From Candidatus Micrarchaeaceae archaeon (GTDB lineage Archaea > Micrarchaeota > Micrarchaeia > Micrarchaeales > CABMGC01): a stretch of 14,421 bases of DNA. The notes under the pieces are model-generated. The model saw nothing but the letters and a program-made list of their open reading frames with translations, was not told the origin of the DNA and did no database searches. Where the stretch lies: contig JAVZDR010000013.1 of assembly GCA_038873795.1 (NCBI GenBank), positions 1 through 14,421 of the forward strand, read 5' to 3'. A program made the position numbers and the translations under genes. Shown piece by piece: positions 6,603 through 14,381 of this stretch (the stretch's first letter is position 1; the number at the start of each line of letters is the position of its first letter).

Positions 6603-7283
6603 ATGGAAACAATTTGCATATCGGTTGGGGGGAGCATACTTATCGGCAGCGAAGGACTAAATGTGAGGTATATAAAGAATTTTGTAGACCTGCTTGCATC
6701 CTACAAAGATCTCAAATTTGTAGTTGTTACAGGAGGCGGGGAGACCGCAAGGAAGTATATGTCATATGGCAAAAACTTCACCACCAATCAGCAGATTTTC
6801 GACGACATAGCCATAGGAGTCACTAGGCTCAACGCGATGCTCATGCTCAGTGCTGCAAATGGCAAGATAGACACTTACCCAAATGTTGCAACAACAATAC
6901 AAGAAATGAAGGAGGCAATGCTAAGGCACAGGCTTGCAGTTTCTGGAGGCCTCTATCCAGGCATAACAACAGATGCCGTCACAGTACTCTATGCGGAGGC
7001 ACTCGGATCGAAGAAGGTTGTGAATGTGAGCAATGTACCATATGTATATGAGACCAGCGATATAGAGAATTCCAAGCCGATAAAGAGGCTTGGCTATGAG
7101 AGGCTCATAGAGATAGCAGCAAGATACGATTCAAGGGATCCGGGATCTAACTTTGTATTTGATTTGGTTGGGTGCAAGCTCGCAAAGAGATCAGGCATCA
7201 AAATATACTTCACAAACGACGACATTAAAGAGCTGAAAAAGATACTTGATGGCAAGGAGCACAATGGCACTGTGGTAGAGTAG
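6603..7283 (+). CDS. pyrH: UMP kinase (archaeal type)
   Basis: ISVGGSIL, VVTGGGETARKY, DIAIGVTRLNA, GGLYPGITTDAV, NVSNVPYVY and FVFDLVGCKLAKRSGI. Start ATG 6603 with TTTAAAAA ~25 nt upstream. Confidence 0.93.
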   Translation: METICISVGGSILIGSEGLNVRYIKNFVDLLASYKDLKFVVVTGGGETARKYMSYGKNFTTNQQIFDDIAIGVTRLNAMLMLSAANGKIDTYPNVATTIQEMKEAMLRHRLAVSGGLYPGITTDAVTVLYAEALGSKKVVNVSNVPYVYETSDIENSKPIKRLGYERLIEIAARYDSRDPGSNFVFDLVGCKLAKRSGIKIYFTNDDIKELKKILDGKEHNGTVVE

Positions 7284-7360
7284 CTCTGCGGCAACCTGCT
7301 ACGCTTCGGCCTGTGCATAAAAAATAAAAAATTTAAATGTGCAATAATTATGGTGGTGAT

Positions 7361-7810
7361 ATGGCGAGAAACAAGAGGGGAAAGTGGGAGATTATACCTA
7401 TGCCATTCGATGAATTTTTCAGCGACCCATTTGAGCGCATGAGGCGGCTGATGAACTATCCAAGAAGGTATATAGGCACATTCATGAGCAGCGTTCCTGA
7501 TATAGATATGATAGACAAGGGCAATGAGCTCGTTATAAAAGTCGACCTTCCAGGAGTGGACAAGAAGGATGTGAAGGTAAACGTAGAAAAAGAAAGCGTG
7601 ACTGTCGCAGCGCAGACCTCAAAGGAAAAGGAGGATGTAGGCAAGAACTACTACTATAGCGAAAGGTCTTCATCAGGCTATTACAGGAGAATTCCACTGC
7701 CTGTGCCTGTGGACTCTAAAAAGGCCAAAGCCACATTTAAGGATGGACTTCTTGAAGTGGTTCTTCCTAAGGCAGAACCTGGGGAGAGCAGGGAGCTAAA
7801 AATAGAGTAG
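7361..7810 (+). CDS. hsp20: Small heat shock protein (Hsp20/alpha-crystallin)
   Basis: PDIDMIDKGNELVIKVDLPGVDKKDVKV, YYRRIPLPVPVD and AKATFKDGLLEVVLPK, with C-terminal LKIE. GGTGGTGAT precedes ATG 7361, and ATTTAAAT lies at 7331-7338. Confidence 0.93.
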   Translation: MARNKRGKWEIIPMPFDEFFSDPFERMRRLMNYPRRYIGTFMSSVPDIDMIDKGNELVIKVDLPGVDKKDVKVNVEKESVTVAAQTSKEKEDVGKNYYYSERSSSGYYRRIPLPVPVDSKKAKATFKDGLLEVVLPKAEPGESRELKIE

Positions 7811-8473
7811 TCAGCCAAGATTCAGCGATTCTACGCCCCGCATCTCTGAGAGCTTCTTGAGCGCAAGATATGTAGCCAATGCGGAATTGTAAGCATTTCT
7901 TGTGCGTCCTCTCGAGAAAGTCCATACATCTTTTATGCCAGCCAATGAAAGGACAGTCTGCACATTCTTCCCAGCAACTATGCCCACGCCTCTTGGCGCG
8001 GGCTTCAGCACAACCTCAACGCTTCCCACCTTGGCACTTAGCGTGAGGGGCAGCGAATGGGCGGTGCCGCAGTTGCATTCCCAAGACCCACAGCCCAACT
8101 GCACAGAAATTATGTTCTTTTTTGCATCTTTTATGGCCATATCTATTGTGGGCTTTACCTCAACACCCTTTGAGGTTCCTATGCCTACATGACCATGCTT
8201 GTCCCCGACAACGACTGTAGCCCTGAACTTCTGCTTCCTGTTGTTCTTTGTCATTCTCTGCACAGACTTTACCTCAAGCACAGAATTCTCCAAGCCTGGG
8301 AGGAGCGTGTCTACGATCTCAACCTCCTTAATCTGCTTTCCCATGGCGAAGATCTGCTCAACGCTTGTTATCTCGCCGCTCTTGACCATCTTCCCCACTT
8401 TTGTGCGCGGCTGCCATTCCGCAAGTTCAGCTGCGGCAGATTCCTCTTCTGAATGCTGATTGTTAGACTCCAA
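7811..8473 (-). CDS. rps5: 30S ribosomal protein S5 (uS5)
   Basis: WQPRTKVG, VQRMTKNNRKQKFRATVVVGD, GCGSWECNCG and KPAPRGVG. Start placed at TTG 8473 after a GGTGA SD overlapping the rpl18 stop; the track start is 8488. Confidence 0.95.
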   Translation of the reverse strand: MESNNQHSEEESAAAELAEWQPRTKVGKMVKSGEITSVEQIFAMGKQIKEVEIVDTLLPGLENSVLEVKSVQRMTKNNRKQKFRATVVVGDKHGHVGIGTSKGVEVKPTIDMAIKDAKKNIISVQLGCGSWECNCGTAHSLPLTLSAKVGSVEVVLKPAPRGVGIVAGKNVQTVLSLAGIKDVWTFSRGRTRNAYNSALATYLALKKLSEMRGVESLNLG

Positions 8474-8477
8474 AAAT

Positions 8478-9044
8478 TCACCCTGCAAGAAGCTTGCTTT
8501 TAACCTCCTCGAACCTTGCCTTCAGGTTTTCCAAAGTGCCGTCCTTTATGTAGGTACTGAATTGCCTCTTGTAGCGCTCAGGATCAGATTCCATGAGCGA
8601 TTTTGCATAGGCAATGAGCCAATCACAGTTGTAGGCCTTCTCATCTATGCTCAGAGTTGCACTCAGCTTCATCCCACCATCGATGAAGCCCTTTGCGAAA
8701 GCGGCGCCTATAGAATTCCTCCCAAATGAAGCAAGCCCCGCATCGATTATAAAATTCTCTCCCTTGAGGCTGCCTGCCACATTTGCGAGGAGCAGGCCTG
8801 TAAGGTAGGCAGTGGGCTTGTTGGCCCTTGCTGGCCAGTTGTAGGCCTTGAGCATGTCTGAAGTCACGCCTTTGAGGATTATGTCACCACCTTCGCCATA
8901 TTTGGCTATCTGCGCTATTATGCGCCTATTTGTCTTTCTGATTATCACCCTGAGCATGCCACTTTTTACGAGGGCAAGCCTCTTCCTGTAGTCAGTAAAG
9001 CCTTCGCGTCTCCTTCTCTGCTTCATCTTCTTTATGCGTTCCAT
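8478..9044 (-). CDS. rpl18: 50S ribosomal protein L18 (uL18)
   Basis: RRRREGFTDYRKRLALVKSG, RKTNRRIIAQI and NKPTAYLTGLL; operon position. Confidence 0.95.
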   Translation of the reverse strand: MERIKKMKQRRRREGFTDYRKRLALVKSGMLRVIIRKTNRRIIAQIAKYGEGGDIILKGVTSDMLKAYNWPARANKPTAYLTGLLLANVAGSLKGENFIIDAGLASFGRNSIGAAFAKGFIDGGMKLSATLSIDEKAYNCDWLIAYAKSLMESDPERYKRQFSTYIKDGTLENLKARFEEVKSKLLAG

Positions 9045-9048
9045 CCAA

Positions 9049-9537
9049 CTACCATTGCGACTTTATCCTCTCGTTTATCTGTTTAAGTTCATCATCTGTA
9101 ATAGCTATGCCGCTCTCCTTTATGTGCATCAGGAGTGACGCCTTGTTAGGGAATGAATTGCCTGTTATGCGCCTGTAAAAGCTCTTGAATGCCTTACTGT
9201 CTATCTTGCCCATCCTCTTTAGCTCTTTGAGAAGCGCGCGTTGCGACCTCACGCGCCTTTCCCATGGCAGGACGCCCCTTGCTTTAAGCGTACCCTTTCT
9301 CCTTCCTATGCCACGCCTCCTCCCTGCTAGCCTTTTGCGCTTGAGCAGCTTTGAGTTCATGCTCATATTGTGCTTTGGCTTCACAGCGATTATGCTCTTT
9401 TCTGATATAAGCTTCCTAACATCCTCCTTGGTTATTGCTTCCCTTATTTCCTTCATTGCGCTGGGCTTGAACCTGATGGCGCTCTCGCCTCTGCCTAGAA
9501 TCTCGCTTGCAGCCCTCTTTGCAAACTTTATGCTCAT
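9049..9537 (-). CDS. rpl19e: 50S ribosomal protein L19e
   Basis: KRAASEIL, AITKEDVRKLI, GRRRGIGRRKGT.KAR and WERRVRSQRALLKEL. Confidence 0.95.
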   Translation of the reverse strand: MSIKFAKRAASEILGRGESAIRFKPSAMKEIREAITKEDVRKLISEKSIIAVKPKHNMSMNSKLLKRKRLAGRRRGIGRRKGTLKARGVLPWERRVRSQRALLKELKRMGKIDSKAFKSFYRRITGNSFPNKASLLMHIKESGIAITDDELKQINERIKSQW

Positions 9538-9541
9538 GCCA

Positions 9542-9892
9542 TTACCTGTTCACTACCCTTATTCCATTCGCATCTGCTATCTTCTGCAACTCAGCTCTCT
9601 TCCTTCTTGAAAGTGCATGTGAAAACCTGCCGACTATGCCCTTGCTGCCAATGAGAGCAGTGATGTCGCTGCTGTTCCTTATTAGCATTTCTCTGCTTCC
9701 ATCAGGTCTTGCAAACCTCACTGCATTGCTGTTCTTATAGCCTATGTTTGGGCTCGCTCCATATCCGCTTCTCTTCAACGCTTTTTTGTTGTCCCTGCCG
9801 CGCTGCGCCCGCCAAGAATCGCTGACCCGCTTCCTGCCCTTTGCGCCATAATTTGGTATGTTGAACTTTGGGTGTTTCCTCTTTGCTATCAA
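9542..9892 (-). CDS. rpl32e: 50S ribosomal protein L32e
   Basis: KRKHPKF, SWRAQRGRDNK, PNIGY, ARPDG and RRKRAEL...GIRVVN; TTG start; lies between L6 and L19e. Confidence 0.93.
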   Translation of the reverse strand: MIAKRKHPKFNIPNYGAKGRKRVSDSWRAQRGRDNKKALKRSGYGASPNIGYKNSNAVRFARPDGSREMLIRNSSDITALIGSKGIVGRFSHALSRRKRAELQKIADANGIRVVNR

Positions 9893-9896
9893 TCAA

Positions 9897-10421
9897 TCAT
9901 TCCTCAGTTGCTCTGTATACACCATCCTGGAAGACCCTGCTGTCCTTGCCTGGCATCTTACATGCAAGCCTTATGTTTGCAGCGGTCTGCCTGACAGCAT
10001 ATGGGTCAGAGCCATACACTATTATCTCCTGGCCTTGGGCGCTCACCTTTGTATCGCCAATAATCCTTGTCACCCTCGGCACCCTTTCGCCGAATATGTT
10101 CTTTATGTAGAGCTTATCGCCCTTTGCTTCGAATGTTATTGGGAAGTGCGCAAAGACAACCTGGAGCTTTTCCTCCACGCCATTCTGCACCCCATCTATC
10201 ATCGCTTTTATCTCGCTGGCAAGGGCGTTTTCAACATGTGAGGCTTCCTTTGCTATGCTCTTAGCCTTTGATGGGATGATCTCTATGCTTCCTTGGTTTA
10301 CACGCATACTTACATATTTCTCGTTGAAGCCCCGCTCGGCGCTCCCCTTCTTACCCTTGAGCTTTATTCTGCCTCCTTCGAGAGAAGCCTCAACCCCATC
10401 AGGCAGAGCAATCTTGACCAT
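9897..10421 (-). CDS. rpl6: 50S ribosomal protein L6 (uL6)
   Basis: LPDGVEA, KGKKG, VFAHFPI, IKNIFGERVPR, QTAANI and KDSRVFQDGVY. Confidence 0.95.
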   Translation of the reverse strand: MVKIALPDGVEASLEGGRIKLKGKKGSAERGFNEKYVSMRVNQGSIEIIPSKAKSIAKEASHVENALASEIKAMIDGVQNGVEEKLQVVFAHFPITFEAKGDKLYIKNIFGERVPRVTRIIGDTKVSAQGQEIIVYGSDPYAVRQTAANIRLACKMPGKDSRVFQDGVYRATEE

Positions 10422-10429
10422 TTTATTAC

Positions 10430-10810
10430 CTAGTATACATACGCCAGAAGCCTCCCGCCGAGGTGCCTCGCCTTTGCATCGGAATTTGTCATTATGCCTT
10501 CTGGCGTTGAAACTATAAGCATGCCAAAGCTCTTGCTCGGTATGAACCTGAGCTCATATTTCTGATAGTCATCTACTCCAACCGCGAAACGTGGCTTTAT
10601 AGCGCCTATGTCATTGATCTTCTTTGCCAGCTTCACATTGAGCATTGTGAATTTCCCTGACTTGACCAAATCGTAGCCCTTGATATAACCATGTGCCTTG
10701 AGCACGTCCAATACGCTGCGCACTATTTTTACGGAGCGCAGCTTACACTCGTCTATACCAGCAAGCTCATGTGTCTTTATTGCATTGAGCGAATCGGCAA
10801 GCGTATCCAT
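10430..10810 (-). CDS. rps8: 30S ribosomal protein S8 (uS8)
   Basis: MDTLADSL, GYIK, GAIKPRF, GMLIVSTPEGIMT and GGRLLAYVY. The start was moved to ATG 10810 because the track's extension overlaps rps14. Confidence 0.95.
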   Translation of the reverse strand: MDTLADSLNAIKTHELAGIDECKLRSVKIVRSVLDVLKAHGYIKGYDLVKSGKFTMLNVKLAKKINDIGAIKPRFAVGVDDYQKYELRFIPSKSFGMLIVSTPEGIMTNSDAKARHLGGRLLAYVY

Positions 10811-10814
10811 TGCA

Positions 10815-10970
10815 TCACGATAGTTTTTTGAAACCAAGGTCCTTTGCTACCTCCCTGAAGCACCTTCTGCATATGTAGAGGCCATAAGACCTTATTAGGC
10901 CCCTGCTTGTCCCGCAGATCCTGCATTTCCTCATTCCCCTCCCTTTTCTCTTCAGCTCATTCCTAACCAA
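10815..10970 (-). CDS. rps14: 30S ribosomal protein S14 (uS14, Zn-binding form)
   Basis: Too short for the ORF track. Hand translation from TTG 10970 gives [51 protein letters not shown], with CxxC...CRxCFRE and an AGGTG SD upstream. Confidence 0.95.
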   Translation of the reverse strand: MVRNELKRKGRGMRKCRICGTSRGLIRSYGLYICRRCFREVAKDLGFKKLS

Positions 10971-10978
10971 ACAAACAC

Positions 10979-11503
10979 CTATTCCTCTTCAATTATTTTT
11001 ACGTTGAAATTCTTCTTGAGGTACTCGGCTATTTCATCCCTCCTCACTCTTGCGTGCCTTGCGCCGACCTTGGCTTTGCCCCTTCTCCGCAATTCGACTC
11101 TTTTGCCCTTCCTTGAGAAGCTTGCATTGACATTCAGGCCGAGCATGCCAATCTTTGGGTCATATTTTATCCCAGCAAAATCTATATACTCCTTTACCCC
11201 GAAGCTCAGCGAATTGTCTGATATTGAGCTGCTTTTGATCGTATTGTTTTCAGCGTCGAGCGCCCTTGCCAGCATATCTTTTGCTGAGCCCTTCCTCAAG
11301 GTCACCATCGCACCTATAATCTGGCCTTTCTTGAGCTTAAGGGACGGTCGCCTTTTCTTTGAGACTGTGGCAACGGCATTGCGGCCGGTAAGTCTGTTCA
11401 GCAGCATCTTGGCCGCGCCAAACTGGTTCTCGTTCTGGCCTATGCCTATGTTTAGGACTACCTTCTCTATGTATGGAGTAGTCATTGGATTTTCATCAGC
11501 CAT
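10979..11503 (-). CDS. rpl5: 50S ribosomal protein L5 (uL5)
   Basis: [24 protein letters not shown] and [23 protein letters not shown]; start ATG 11503. Confidence 0.95.
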   Translation of the reverse strand: MADENPMTTPYIEKVVLNIGIGQNENQFGAAKMLLNRLTGRNAVATVSKKRRPSLKLKKGQIIGAMVTLRKGSAKDMLARALDAENNTIKSSSISDNSLSFGVKEYIDFAGIKYDPKIGMLGLNVNASFSRKGKRVELRRRGKAKVGARHARVRRDEIAEYLKKNFNVKIIEEE

Positions 11504-11504
11504 C

Positions 11505-12191
11505 TCAAGCACCTACCACCATTATATTGTCCGCAGAGGTTTCAAACCTCCCCTTGGCGCTTTCCACCTCTACCATTGCTCTCCTTCTCGAAGTTCCTGG
11601 CTTTATATCAGTAATCCTGCCTGTCTCAGGGGCATTGACGCCCTTTATGGCTCTGCATAAGGCACCCTTCTCGAACTTTATAATGCCTTTTATTTTGTTC
11701 TGCTCTACTATTACTGAGTCATTCACCCTTATCTCGGGTTTGCCCTCTATTACATTGCCGTTGTGGAGCCTGAGCATTATCCTGCCTTTCTTTTCTGTAT
11801 ACTTGCCAAGTACCTTCAGTGTTTGCAATGCAGCATCCGCTTTCTTTATCTCAGCAAGCAGGAATGTTCCGCCCCGCCCTACGGAGACTCTGTAGTAGCA
11901 GTCGCTTGATTTTATGTGGAGCACGTCTTCCAAGCCGATTGGATAGCCAGGGCTCTTTACGACCTTGCCGTTTACTTCTATGAGGCCCTTTTTAATTATA
12001 CTCTTTGCCTCTCTGGCGTTGTTTGCAAGCCCCGCTTTCTCAGTGATTACTGTTATGAGTGCTATGCTTGACTCTAAAGTATGCCGGCCCGGATCTGGTT
12101 TCTTCAGGTATTTGAATCCCTTCCTTTTTATCTTTGTATACCTGCTTGCCGCGAGCCTCTTCAGATGCCTGCTGTTTCCCTTGCTTGCCAT
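11505..12191 (-). CDS. rps4e: 30S ribosomal protein S4e
   Basis: MASKGNSRHLKRLAA, PDPGRH, NAREAKSII, YPIGLEDV and RLHNGNV. Confidence 0.95.
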   Translation of the reverse strand: MASKGNSRHLKRLAASRYTKIKRKGFKYLKKPDPGRHTLESSIALITVITEKAGLANNAREAKSIIKKGLIEVNGKVVKSPGYPIGLEDVLHIKSSDCYYRVSVGRGGTFLLAEIKKADAALQTLKVLGKYTEKKGRIMLRLHNGNVIEGKPEIRVNDSVIVEQNKIKGIIKFEKGALCRAIKGVNAPETGRITDIKPGTSRRRAMVEVESAKGRFETSADNIMVVGA

Positions 12192-12195
12192 CCTA

Positions 12196-12564
12196 TCAAA
12201 CCTTGCCTGTAAGCTTGGCCTGCCTGTATTTGTCGGTCAGGTCAAGATTCACAATGTAAACGTTTGAAGGCCTTATAGGCACCAACATCTCCTTGCCCTT
12301 GGCCTTCTTCCTTGATATGCCTTCTATGAATATGAAATTTCTCTTTATGTCGACCTCGGCTATTTTGCCTATCTTGCCCTTGTTTGCGCCTCTCACCACC
12401 TTGACGGTATCCCCACGCCGCACCTCTATGCTCCTCCTCTTTATGCCGAGTTTTTCCCTTACATCCTTGGGCAGATGCGCATGGACGAACTTCTGCCTTA
12501 TGTGCATGGGCGCATTGTATCGCAATCTCCTCTGCTTCCTCGGCTTGCTGCTGTTTGTCATCAT
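12196..12564 (-). CDS. rpl24: 50S ribosomal protein L24 (uL24)
   Basis: SSKPRKQRRLRYNAPMHIR, KOW motif VRRGDTVKVVRG and PIRPSNV; ATGA overlap with rpl14. Confidence 0.95.
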   Translation of the reverse strand: MMTNSSKPRKQRRLRYNAPMHIRQKFVHAHLPKDVREKLGIKRRSIEVRRGDTVKVVRGANKGKIGKIAEVDIKRNFIFIEGISRKKAKGKEMLVPIRPSNVYIVNLDLTDKYRQAKLTGKV

Positions 12565-12959
12565 ACCACCCTAGAGGCTATGCCTGCCACCTTCACAAAC
12601 CTCTCGACAACTTCCCTTGCCATTGCGCCCTTAACTTCTGTGCCTATAGGCAGATTATCCTCGCCGACCATTATGCCGGCATTGTCCTCGAACATCACCC
12701 TTGTGCCATCAGCCCTCCTAATCTCGTCGCGCTGCCTTATTATGAGCACCCTTACGGGCTTTTTCAGGTATATTGGCGAGCCTTGCCTCACGCTGGCGTT
12801 GACAAGGTCACCTATGCCTGCACCGGCAAGCCTGCCATGCCTGCCACCCTTGCCTATTATGTGTATGATCCTGAAGGTGACTGCGCCGCTGTTGTCTGCG
12901 CAGTGTATAATTGCACCAGGCATTAGGGTCCTTGACACTCTAGATGAAATGCCCTTCAT
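12561..12959 (-). CDS. rpl14: 50S ribosomal protein L14 (uL14)
   Basis: CADNSGA, AGIGD, IIRQR..IRRADG.RVMFEDNA and KGAMAREV. Confidence 0.96.
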   Translation of the reverse strand: MKGISSRVSRTLMPGAIIHCADNSGAVTFRIIHIIGKGGRHGRLAGAGIGDLVNASVRQGSPIYLKKPVRVLIIRQRDEIRRADGTRVMFEDNAGIMVGEDNLPIGTEVKGAMAREVVERFVKVAGIASRVV

Positions 12960-12965
12960 AAATAA

Positions 12966-13259
12966 TCAACCAGCTCTCTTTATTATGCCCACAACGACAA
13001 ATGACTTTGTCTTGCTTATCTTCCTTGTTTCAGCTATCTTTACAATATCGCCGACTTTTGCGCCTATACAGTCTGGGTTGTGCGCGGCGATCCTTGAATG
13101 CGTCCTCAGATAACGCTCGTATTTGTACAAACGCCTTACGTGCTCCCTTTCCACAATGACCGTCTTTTTGGCCTTTCCGCTTACTACCCTGCCTATGAGT
13201 TCCACTCCCCTTGTGCTTATGTGGCCGTGTATCGCGCAGTGTGGGTCATTGCATTCCAG
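12966..13259 (-). CDS. rps17: 30S ribosomal protein S17 (uS17), probable CTG start
   Basis: Core GRVVS.KAKKTVIV...KYERYLRTHSRIAAHNP...GDIVKIAETRKISKTKSF. The conserved archaeal N-terminus ECNDPHCAIHGHISTRG continues in frame up to CTG 13259, which is preceded by an in-frame TAG and a GGTGAT SD. Confidence 0.93.
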   Translation of the reverse strand: MECNDPHCAIHGHISTRGVELIGRVVSGKAKKTVIVEREHVRRLYKYERYLRTHSRIAAHNPDCIGAKVGDIVKIAETRKISKTKSFVVVGIIKRAG

Positions 13260-13276
13260 CTAAATCACCGAAAGAG

Positions 13277-13567
13277 TCAGGCTTCTCTCCTTTTGTAAAA
13301 TTTGAAGGCCCTTTCCGTCCTTTCTTCTGGCCTGAAATTTATTTCAGGACCTTCAACAATGAAAGATTTATTGTCAGCATAAAACTTAAATACTGATATC
13401 TTCTTAATTACCCTCTTTTTGCCTGCTGCCGTTTCGAGCAGCAGCGTATTTTTGGTCTCATCGATGACTAAGCCATGCAGGCCCTTCTGCTTCTTGTCGA
13501 GAGAAGAGACCACCTTGACCCTAAGCCCGATGAGCTCGTTAAGCACTATATTCTTGTTGTTATACAT
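13277..13567 (-). CDS. rnp1: Ribonuclease P protein component 1 (aRpp29/POP4)
   Basis: ELIGLRVKVV, G.VIDETKNTL and G.EI.FRPEER; usual position directly upstream of rps17. Start ATG 13567 is favoured (alternatives 13582/13585). Confidence 0.92.
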   Translation of the reverse strand: MYNNKNIVLNELIGLRVKVVSSLDKKQKGLHGLVIDETKNTLLLETAAGKKRVIKKISVFKFYADNKSFIVEGPEINFRPEERTERAFKFYKRREA

Positions 13568-13584
13568 ATATTTACTATGCATCA

Positions 13585-13594
13585 TTTATATTTA
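13585..13594 (-). promoter_or_regulatory. Probable TATA box of the rnp1-ribosomal protein operon
   Basis: Minus-strand TAAATATAAA lies ~20-27 nt before ATG 13567, consistent with a leaderless transcript. Confidence 0.45.
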
Positions 13595-13690
13595 TTACGT
13601 TTTGCGTACGTTTCATTCCCTTGCCAAGTCAATAGGCTGCGAGCGGAGCCAAAAGAAGCAAAAGTAAATTTATATTCAAAGAAAAACATT

Positions 13691-13823
13691 TGGTGCGGCC
13701 TTCTAAACGCCCTGCAGGTCGGATGAATGGCTCTATTCCAAAAGGGCAGAGGCACCTCTAGTGTAACAGCTGAGCACGATCTGTTGCATGCCAACCCTTG
13801 CGGTACACGCCAACCTACAGCTC
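13691..13823 (-). ncRNA. Candidate structured RNA, unassigned family
   Basis: An 11-bp closing helix (13820-13810 with 13722-13712) encloses three hairpins, one with a GCAA tetraloop. G-U pairs work only on the minus strand. It is a GC-rich island in AT-rich intergenic DNA and is followed by a U-tract. Confidence 0.45.
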
Positions 13824-13886
13824 TTCTTATCCTTTTCCTTATTCTGCTATTCCATGTTTTGAGCTTACAGCATTGCTCATTATCTT

Positions 13887-14381
13887 TTATCTACGGAGAT
13901 CCTTGAATCTGAATTTCTTCTCCTTCTTCTCATGCAGCCTCGAGAGATGTGCCAATTCCTCTTGCGGCAACCATTTTCTCAGCACCGCTTCATATTCTGG
14001 CTCCTTTGGCATCACGTCATAAGCATTAAGCCCATGTTTCATTTCTATCCCTGGCTTAGCCCCAAGTGCTAGCAGCGTCTCTATGGTGGATATTTTGCGA
14101 CGCAGATCCATAGCTAGATACAGGGGAGTCTCACCATAAAACTTATCATTCTGTGGATCTATGTCGGCCCCAAGTCCTCGCAGTGTTACTATCATATTTA
14201 CGTCATTATTCATTACAGCCAGGTGCATTGCATACCAGCCCTTATCGTCTCTCATCTTATTCACGTCAATCTTTTCCTTAATGAAGAGATCTATGACTCT
14301 TTTTACATCACCGCTATTGACAGCATCAAAAAACTCTTCCTTCAGACTTTTCTTCTCTATCTCATTCACCACACTACTCAC
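13887..14381 (-). CDS. Ankyrin repeat protein
   Basis: About three ANK motifs: FFDAVNSGDVKRVIDLF..KIDVN, GWYAMHLAVMNNDVNMIVTLRGLGADID and GETPLYLAM...TIETLLALGA. GTG start, with TTTAAAT at 14401-14407 upstream. Confidence 0.88.
   Translation of the reverse strand: MSSVVNEIEKKSLKEEFFDAVNSGDVKRVIDLFIKEKIDVNKMRDDKGWYAMHLAVMNNDVNMIVTLRGLGADIDPQNDKFYGETPLYLAMDLRRKISTIETLLALGAKPGIEMKHGLNAYDVMPKEPEYEAVLRKWLPQEELAHLSRLHEKKEKKFRFKDLRR

Noticed and set aside
13594..13640. Hammerhead-like GAAACGU...ACGUA on the minus strand
   Set aside because: The required CUGANGA core is absent.
7902..13726. Numerous plus-strand ORFs over the ribosomal protein cluster (e.g. 11004-11660, 12475-13113)
   Set aside because: They are antisense shadows of well-conserved minus-strand genes, with no recognisable motifs.
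13582..13794. 70-aa minus-strand ORF upstream of rnp1 (possible rpl29 or SUI1)
   Set aside because: It has no similarity to uL29 or aIF1, has an atypical composition, and crosses promoter-like and structured non-coding DNA.
13691..13823. RNase P RNA, tRNA, SRP RNA, C/D box sRNA or TPP riboswitch as the identity of the structured region
   Set aside because: There is no GAGGAAAGUCC/P4 motif, no T-loop GUUCRA or matching 5' acceptor strand despite the ACCA end, and no SRP helix 8 motif. The C'/D' boxes are missing, and the TPP-like GAUCUG...AUGCCA lacks the P2/P4 elements.
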